A stretch of DNA of 13,676 nt, taken from the NCBI GenBank assembly GCA_044225365.1, contig JBGAIQ010000088.1, positions 1-13,676 on the forward strand, read 5' to 3'. Below are positions 8,170-13,676 of the stretch, piece by piece; positions within the stretch are counted from its first letter, which is position 1, and each line of letters starts with the position of its first letter. The stretch is from Planctomycetota bacterium. Its GTDB lineage: Bacteria > Planctomycetota > B15-G4 > JADJEK01. A model generated the notes under the pieces. That model was given only the letters and a program-made list of their open reading frames with translations, made no database searches and was not told where the DNA came from. Made by a program: the position numbers and the translations under genes.

Positions 8170-11100
8170 TCACTTGCTCACGGTCGTCGTTTCGCCCGCC
8201 CGGACCTCCGCTTCGATTCGCATCTCGTCCACTTGGATCACGACCCGTCCAACGGGGACGTCGTCGAAGCGATACGAATCGTCGACCGCTCGTGGTCCGC
8301 TTCGCAAGAGAGCGAACCGTCCGTCCGGGCCGCGCCATAGGAGATATGGCCGCGTCCTCTTGGTTCCTCGCGAGTCGTTCGCGATTGAAACTACGACGCT
8401 ACCTACGGCTAGGTCCGAGTCGCAGCGCGTGACGCGCGAATCGAGTCGCAGCGGAATGCCATGATACATCTGGGATCCACCCTCGCCGAAGGCGCGGAAG
8501 ATGATCTGGCAACGCCGGCGCAATGGGGCGCGCAGCTCGAATTGGCCTTCCACACCTATGCGAACGAGGTTGGAAGCGTTGGCGTACGCGATTTCGTCCC
8601 GCAACGCGTCGAGCGACTTGTCGAAGTCGAACGAGACGCTCGAGTCGACGCTCATTACAACGAACTCGGACCTCACTTTGCCGCCGAGCCGAAACCGACC
8701 CTCGATCCACATCGGCCGTTCCGGCTGCCTTCCACAGAAGCGAAGGTCGCACGATGTCGTTCGACCTTCGGATACCGTCACGTCGACATCGCGGTCGACG
8801 TCGGCGTCTCGATTTCCCACGGGATTCTCGCCATCGGACGGGTCCGTGACGGTGAAGTCGATGGTCGGGCGTACTCTCAGTTGATGGCTGCCGAGAGAGA
8901 CGTGTTCGAACCGATAATGGCCTGTGGCATCCGCGCGAATTGCCATTTCGCCCCCTCCCCGTCCGGCCAACATGACGAACAGACCCTCGGGCGGCGCGCC
9001 ATCCGCGCGCACGACGCGCCCCTCGATCGCGCCTCCAGGACCGAGCTCGATTGCGAGTCGCTTGGTCTTCTTCGACCTCGAGACGCTGAGCGGGCCCAGC
9101 CATGTGTCGGCGAATCCCGCGGCAGCGATTCTCAAGAAGTACCGACCACTATCTTCCGCGAACAGAGAGAACGATCCATCCGGACGGCTTATCGCCGTGT
9201 CGAACCTAGGCACATCGGCGGGTTGCAGGTCGTCGCTCCAATCCGCGAGCGGCGTCCTATCCGTAGCGAAGCCTGCGCGCGACGAGTTCTCGCCCCGCGA
9301 GTAGAGTTGGAGCCGTGCGCCAGCAATCGGTTTGCCGGCGGCACGAACCTCGCCGCGGAGCCCCGTTACAGCGTCGAGTCGCACGTCAATTTCGTCCCGA
9401 GCCGCGTCGGGCTCGAAGGGACCGAGCTCCTTCGATGCGAAGCCAGGACAGCTCACCGCCACCCGGAAGGGACGAGTGGGTTCAGCGAAGGACCAGCTGT
9501 CGTTGCTCCGGACCGCTCGCAAGTCCGAAGGCCCATCTTCGTCCTCATACGCGAGGCTCTGACCGAATGCCGTCACCTCTACGTCTGCGTTCGCGTTGGT
9601 GATCGGCTGGCCGCTCTCGTCCCGCACTGTGACTTTCAAGAAGCGACGAGGCCGCGCCCGCAGCACAACGGGAGGCGATCCACGTACGATTCCGGCTTGC
9701 GTTGCGAGGACACCGAACTCGTCGGCGAGTTCGATGAAATGCGTTTCGCTCGGAAGCGTGAAGAACTCGTAGCGACCGGCGTCGTCGGCGCGAACGTTTC
9801 GACCGCTTTGAATCATCGAGTCGTCTTCTTCGAATCGCCGCTGAAAGACATGCAGAAGATGGGCGCGCGGCAACGGATTTCCATTCGAGTCACGAGCGAG
9901 CACGACGATGCGGTCCTCCTCGCCGAGGATCGGAAGGACCACGCGAACAAGGGGCTGGGGCTCGGTCGCGTTCACGTCTACAGGGAAGATTTCGGATCGA
10001 CTGACAATTCCCTGGTCCTTCACCGCGTAAACGTAAAGCCACTCGCTCGGCACGCCGTCGAGTGCGAACTCCCCGCGTCCGTCGCTGAGCGTAGTCGTGA
10101 TTCGATCGCCCCCGCCGATGCCAGTACGCCACCACGCCGGCTCGCCGTAGGGTTCGCGACCGATCGAGACTTCGACGCCGGGTAAGGGACGTCCCATCGG
10201 ATCGACGACGGCCCCACGCACGGTTGCGCCGCGAGCGAGCGCGACGTCCGAGACCTCGACGGTGTCGTTGGGATCCCACGACAGCTGTATCCTCTTGGTG
10301 GCGAAACCCGACGCCCGCACGCGCACGAATGGGTCGGGTAGCACACCGCTTCCACGGGCGTCGAGCGCTACCGATGGGTAGCCCCGAGGCCTCTGAAGCG
10401 AGAACGTCCCGCTCGAATCCGTCGTCGACGTCGCGAGGACGTTCTCGCGCGCACTTCCTGGCGTCGATGAGTCGGCTTCGACGATCGCCACCTCGGCCCC
10501 AGCGATCGGAGCTCCCGATTCGTCGACGCATCGCCCGACGGCGGGTGGCCATTCGAGATTGATATCGGGTCTTCCGGCCTCACCTCCCCCGGCGATCGAC
10601 TCCCGTCGCGGCGGCTCGCTGTCGCTCTGCGCCTCCTGAGTCGGGTCGATCTGGGAATTCGGATGGGCGGAAGGGCGCAGAAACGTAACGGCGGCGAACT
10701 TCTGCGGTTCCCGCAGGGGATCACGCTTAGGCCCGTAGAGCGCCCACACCCCTGCCAAAACGACGCTGCAGAATCCCGCGACGGCGAATGGGTTCGTGCT
10801 CATCGCGATCATCCGCGCGAGCCAGCCGGCAGCGGCCGCCGAGGCCTTGGATGCGACGCCCGCATCGTCCCAGCGACAAAGCAAGAGGATCCCGCGCTTC
10901 CAGTCGGCAGTGCCCTGTGTTTCGTCGAGACGGTTTCGCAAGGCGGCGTTTGCGCGCTTCAGCCGCGTCCGAACGGTCTCGATCGGAACCCGGGCGCGTT
11001 GCGCGATCTGTTTCACCGACAGATCGTCGAAGTACCGCGCGATCACGGTTCCGCGGTACGGTTCATCGAGCCCGAGCACGGACTCGACAACGCGACGTCG

Positions 11101-11430
11101 AAGGGACTCGCGCTCCAGGATCTGCTCTGGCGTCGACTCCAAAGGCGGGGATTCCGCCGCCGCCGCCTCGCGAGCCGTGCGTCGCCGCGATCCTCGAGCG
11201 AGGTTGGCCGCAACACGGCGCGCGATCGTCGCGAGCAATCCCCGGGGTGAAGAGTCGATCCCATCGGCTCGATGGTGGCGGCGCGCGATCGCTGCGGTGA
11301 GTGTTTCCTGCGCGATGTCCGCGGCCGTGTGTTCGTCGCGAGCGAGGGACCGCGCGAGGCCTCGCACGAACTCTGCGTTGACGAGAAGCATCTCGAGGTC
11401 AGGGCGAGCGGAGTCAGGCATAGTGACCAT
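8170..11430 (-). CDS. ECF-type sigma-70 factor fused to a transmembrane helix and about 8 carboxypeptidase-regulatory-like (beta-sandwich) repeats
   Basis: Sigma2-like region (FVRGLARSLARDEHTAADIAQET...LATIARR) and sigma4 HTH (LDEPYRGTVIARYFDDLSVKQIA...ETVRTRLKRA) lie at ~11400-10924. A hydrophobic helix FAVAGFCSVVLAGVWALY lies at 10788-10735, followed by repeated GxVxDxxGxPxxGAxV...DxxGxF units. An alternative start is ATG 11421. Confidence 0.88.
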   Translation of the reverse strand: MVTMPDSARPDLEMLLVNAEFVRGLARSLARDEHTAADIAQETLTAAIARRHHRADGIDSSPRGLLATIARRVAANLARGSRRRTAREAAAAESPPLESTPEQILERESLRRRVVESVLGLDEPYRGTVIARYFDDLSVKQIAQRARVPIETVRTRLKRANAALRNRLDETQGTADWKRGILLLCRWDDAGVASKASAAAAGWLARMIAMSTNPFAVAGFCSVVLAGVWALYGPKRDPLREPQKFAAVTFLRPSAHPNSQIDPTQEAQSDSEPPRRESIAGGGEAGRPDINLEWPPAVGRCVDESGAPIAGAEVAIVEADSSTPGSARENVLATSTTDSSGTFSLQRPRGYPSVALDARGSGVLPDPFVRVRASGFATKRIQLSWDPNDTVEVSDVALARGATVRGAVVDPMGRPLPGVEVSIGREPYGEPAWWRTGIGGGDRITTTLSDGRGEFALDGVPSEWLYVYAVKDQGIVSRSEIFPVDVNATEPQPLVRVVLPILGEEDRIVVLARDSNGNPLPRAHLLHVFQRRFEEDDSMIQSGRNVRADDAGRYEFFTLPSETHFIELADEFGVLATQAGIVRGSPPVVLRARPRRFLKVTVRDESGQPITNANADVEVTAFGQSLAYEDEDGPSDLRAVRSNDSWSFAEPTRPFRVAVSCPGFASKELGPFEPDAARDEIDVRLDAVTGLRGEVRAAGKPIAGARLQLYSRGENSSRAGFATDRTPLADWSDDLQPADVPRFDTAISRPDGSFSLFAEDSGRYFLRIAAAGFADTWLGPLSVSRSKKTKRLAIELGPGGAIEGRVVRADGAPPEGLFVMLAGRGGGEMAIRADATGHYRFEHVSLGSHQLRVRPTIDFTVTDPSDGENPVGNRDADVDRDVDVTVSEGRTTSCDLRFCGRQPERPMWIEGRFRLGGKVRSEFVVMSVDSSVSFDFDKSLDALRDEIAYANASNLVRIGVEGQFELRAPLRRRCQIIFRAFGEGGSQMYHGIPLRLDSRVTRCDSDLAVGSVVVSIANDSRGTKRTRPYLLWRGPDGRFALLRSGPRAVDDSYRFDDVPVGRVVIQVDEMRIEAEVRAGETTTVSK

Positions 11431-11457
11431 GGGATCACCGCGAAACCGTAAAAGGGT

Positions 11458-11472
11458 TCAGCAGAATGCTGA
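11458..11472. promoter_or_regulatory. Inverted repeat TCAGCA-N3-TGCTGA in the dinB-ECF intergenic region
   Basis: Perfect 6-bp arms read directly. On the minus strand it is followed by ACCCTTTT. It could be a weak terminator or an operator; the function is unknown. Confidence 0.35.
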
Positions 11473-11483
11473 CCGATGCCGTT

Positions 11484-12053
11484 TCACCCCGCGGCCGTGC
11501 GGTCGATCTGTTGAACGTGGCGCTCCACGTGCATCACGAGCGATACCACCACGTCGTCGAGGTTGAGGCGGAACAGGGCGAAGGCCGGCGAGGAGACCTT
11601 CGCGCGCGAGCTCTCGATCGTCGCGACGGCGGAGAGCCACTCGCGAAGCAATCCGTTCGCCGCCTTGAATTTCCCGAGGGCGTCGTGCGATGCGCTCTCG
11701 CCGGCCTTCGATTCCTTCGGTCGAAACGCGCCGGGTGAGCTCACCGGCTTGCTGCCGGGCTTCAGCGCCGAGATGAGGAAGTTCCCGAGCAGGGTGTGAC
11801 GAAGCCCCGGGGTCTGGCGGGAGCCCTTCTTGCGGGCAGCTTCGAGTGCCTTCGCCATTCGTGCTTCGTAGCTTCGCGTCGTGATCGCGATGTGATCGAG
11901 GATCTCGTCGACGCACCACTTGTCGGGCGACGGCCGGCGCCGCCGCGCCGCGTGGGTCAAGCGATCCACGGTTGCGAGCGCGTGCTTCTCGGCGGCGTCG
12001 AGTCGAGCAACGAGGTCGAGATAGGGGCTCGGCGGCGACGGATTCACGTCCAT
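11484..12053 (-). CDS. DinB/YfiT-like four-helix-bundle protein
   Basis: PSPDKWCVDEILDHI near the N-terminus and HVERHVQQI at the C-terminus give the family W...H plus HxxxH metal-binding pattern. 189 aa; ATG 12053, TGA 11486-11484. Confidence 0.88.
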   Translation of the reverse strand: MDVNPSPPSPYLDLVARLDAAEKHALATVDRLTHAARRRRPSPDKWCVDEILDHIAITTRSYEARMAKALEAARKKGSRQTPGLRHTLLGNFLISALKPGSKPVSSPGAFRPKESKAGESASHDALGKFKAANGLLREWLSAVATIESSRAKVSSPAFALFRLNLDDVVVSLVMHVERHVQQIDRTAAG

Positions 12054-12091
12054 GGAAAGCTCGGTGGGATCTCGGCGCGGGAGGAGAAGCC

Positions 12092-12131
12092 GCTATTCTC
12101 ACCCTTTCGTGCAGTTCCCGCAATGCGGAGG
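12092..12131 (+). promoter_or_regulatory. Candidate -10 element (gcTATTCT) and ribosome-binding site (GGAGG) for ftcD
   Basis: TATTCT at 12094-12099 and GGAGG at 12127-12131, 5 nt before ATG 12137. Confidence 0.5.
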
Positions 12132-12136
12132 CGGCC

Positions 12137-13676
12137 ATGGCCCGGCTCGTCGAGTGTGTTCCGAACTTCTCCGAAGGCCGCGATCCTTCGATCATCAAAG
12201 AGATCACGCAGGCGATCGAATCGGTCGAAGGCGTCCGGCTGCTCGATGTCGATCCCGGTGCGGCGACGAACCGCACGGTCGTCACCTTCGTCGGCGAGCC
12301 CGAGCCGGTCTGCGAGGCCGCGTTCCGCGGGGTGAAGCGCGCCGCGGAACTCATCGACATGCGTAAGCACAAGGGCGAGCATCCGCGCTTCGGTGCGACG
12401 GACGTCCTTCCGCTCGTCCCCATCTCCGGCATCACGATGGAGGAAACGGTCGAATACGCGCAGTCGCTCGGGGCGCGGATCGGCAAGGAACTCGGGATCT
12501 CCGTCTACTTCTACGAGCGCGCCGCGTCGCGGCCGGAGCGCAAGAACCTCGCGAGCGTGCGGGAGGGCGAGTACGAAGGGCTGCGCGACAAGCTCGGTAA
12601 GCCCGAGTGGAAACCCGACGCAGGCCCGGCGCAACTCAACGAGAAGTCGGGCGCGGTCGCGGTCGGCGCGCGGGATTTCCTCATCGCGTACAACGTGAAT
12701 CTCAACACCAAATCGCTGCGGCGCGCCAACTCCGTCGCGTTCGACGTGCGGGAGCGCGGTCGGCAGAAGCGCGAGGGCGATCCGATCACCGGCAAGATCG
12801 TGAAGGACGAGAAGGGCGAGCCGGTGTGGATCCCGGGCTCGTTGAAGGCCGTGAAAGCGATCGGTTGGTACATCGAAGAGTACGGCACGTGCCAGATCTC
12901 GATGAACCTGACGGACATCTCGGTGACGCCATTGCACGTCGCGTTCGACGAAGTGTGCACGAAGGCGGCGGAGCGCGGGCTGCGCGTGACGGGGTCCGAG
13001 CTCGTCGGCCTCGTGCCGCTGAAGTCGATGCTCGATGCCGGTCGCTACTTCCTGAAGAAGCAGCAACGCTCGACGGCGGTCGCGGACTCGGAGCTGCTCG
13101 ACGTGGCGATCCGGTCGCTCGGGCTCAGTGACCTGAAGAAGTTCGATCCGAACGAGCGCATCATCGAGTTCAAGCTGCGCGGCGCGAAGACGGCGTTGCT
13201 CGTCGACAGAACCGTGCGCAGTTTCGTCGAGGAGACGGCGAGCGAGTCGCCCGCGCCCGGCGGCGGATCCGTTTCCGCGGCGGTCGGCGCGCTCGGCGCG
13301 GCGCTCGGCTGCATGGTCGCGAATCTCACGTCGGGGAAACGCGGCTACGACGATCGCCTCGAGGAGTTCACGGCGCACGCCGAAGACGCGAAGGCCTGCT
13401 ACGAGGAACTGCTCGCGCTCGTCGACGAAGACACCGTCGCGTTCAACTCGATCATGACGGCGTTCCAACTCCCCAAGTCGACACCCGCCGAAGTCGCGGG
13501 TCGCAAGGCGGCGATCGAGAGCGCGACGAAGCGCGCGATCGACGTTCCGTTCCGCACCATGAAGGCGGCGCTCGACACCTTCCCGGTACTGCGCGCGATG
13601 GTGGAGAAGGGCAATCCGAACTCGATCACCGACGCCGCGGTCGGCGCGCTCTGCGCGAAGGCGGCGGTGCTCGGCG
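12137..13676 (+). CDS. ftcD: Bifunctional glutamate formiminotransferase / formiminotetrahydrofolate cyclodeaminase, 3'-truncated
   Basis: Not in the ORF track because there is no stop in the window. Manual translation gives MARLVECVPNFSEGRD...TNRTVVTFVG...IDMRKHKGEHPRFGATDV (His at residue 82, as for the catalytic His82 of mammalian FTCD)...GARDFLIAYNVNL...QISMNL...GSELVGLVP. The cyclodeaminase domain follows (ASESPAPGGGSVSA at ~13240-13280; GNPNSITDAAVG). Confidence 0.96.
   Translation, partial: MARLVECVPNFSEGRDPSIIKEITQAIESVEGVRLLDVDPGAATNRTVVTFVGEPEPVCEAAFRGVKRAAELIDMRKHKGEHPRFGATDVLPLVPISGITMEETVEYAQSLGARIGKELGISVYFYERAASRPERKNLASVREGEYEGLRDKLGKPEWKPDAGPAQLNEKSGAVAVGARDFLIAYNVNLNTKSLRRANSVAFDVRERGRQKREGDPITGKIVKDEKGEPVWIPGSLKAVKAIGWYIEEYGTCQISMNLTDISVTPLHVAFDEVCTKAAERGLRVTGSELVGLVPLKSMLDAGRYFLKKQQRSTAVADSELLDVAIRSLGLSDLKKFDPNERIIEFKLRGAKTALLVDRTVRSFVEETASESPAPGGGSVSAAVGALGAALGCMVANLTSGKRGYDDRLEEFTAHAEDAKACYEELLALVDEDTVAFNSIMTAFQLPKSTPAEVAGRKAAIESATKRAIDVPFRTMKAALDTFPVLRAMVEKGNPNSITDAAVGALCAKAAVLG

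Noticed and set aside
8461-10185. 574-aa + strand ORF
   Set aside because: It lies entirely antisense to the ECF fusion, which has clear repeated domain motifs. It has no recognisable motif and is a typical high-GC shadow ORF.
12118-12128. CCGC-AAT-GCGG stem touching the ftcD SD, a possible riboswitch or attenuator
   Set aside because: The stem is only 4 bp and the leader is far too short for a THF or ZTP riboswitch.
12044-13468. 474-aa - strand ORF, plus 11458-12486
   Set aside because: These are shadows of ftcD and dinB. The real gene is on the + strand and was missed by the track only because it lacks a stop within the window.
1-13676. CRISPR array, tRNA/rRNA, IS/integrase, or anti-phage defence system
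   Set aside because: No spaced nucleotide repeats, RNA gene signatures or transposase/recombinase motifs were seen. The LOG protein is a stand-alone classical LOG with no TIR, effector or other defence partner nearby.

Overview
High-GC bacterial DNA with seven genes and no recognisable RNA genes, CRISPR arrays or mobile elements. A Planctomycetota origin is suggested by the sigma-factor architecture, but this is inference. The + strand carries a 5'-truncated giant multi-module DUF748/AsmA-like envelope protein (<1-5157), an HPP-family membrane protein, a LOG-family phosphoribohydrolase and an M17 aminopeptidase with NPEPL1-type signatures. The - strand carries a DinB-like protein followed by a 1086-aa fusion of an ECF sigma factor, one transmembrane helix and about 8 carboxypeptidase-regulatory-like beta-sandwich repeats. 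A divergent bifunctional formiminotransferase-cyclodeaminase (12137->end) is missing from the ORF track because it runs off the window. The best candidates for poorly described biology are the one-polypeptide membrane-tethered ECF sensor, the modular DUF748 giant and the eukaryote-like NPEPL1 peptidase. The sequence alone does not show that these genes form one system. All family calls come from motif recognition, not database searches.
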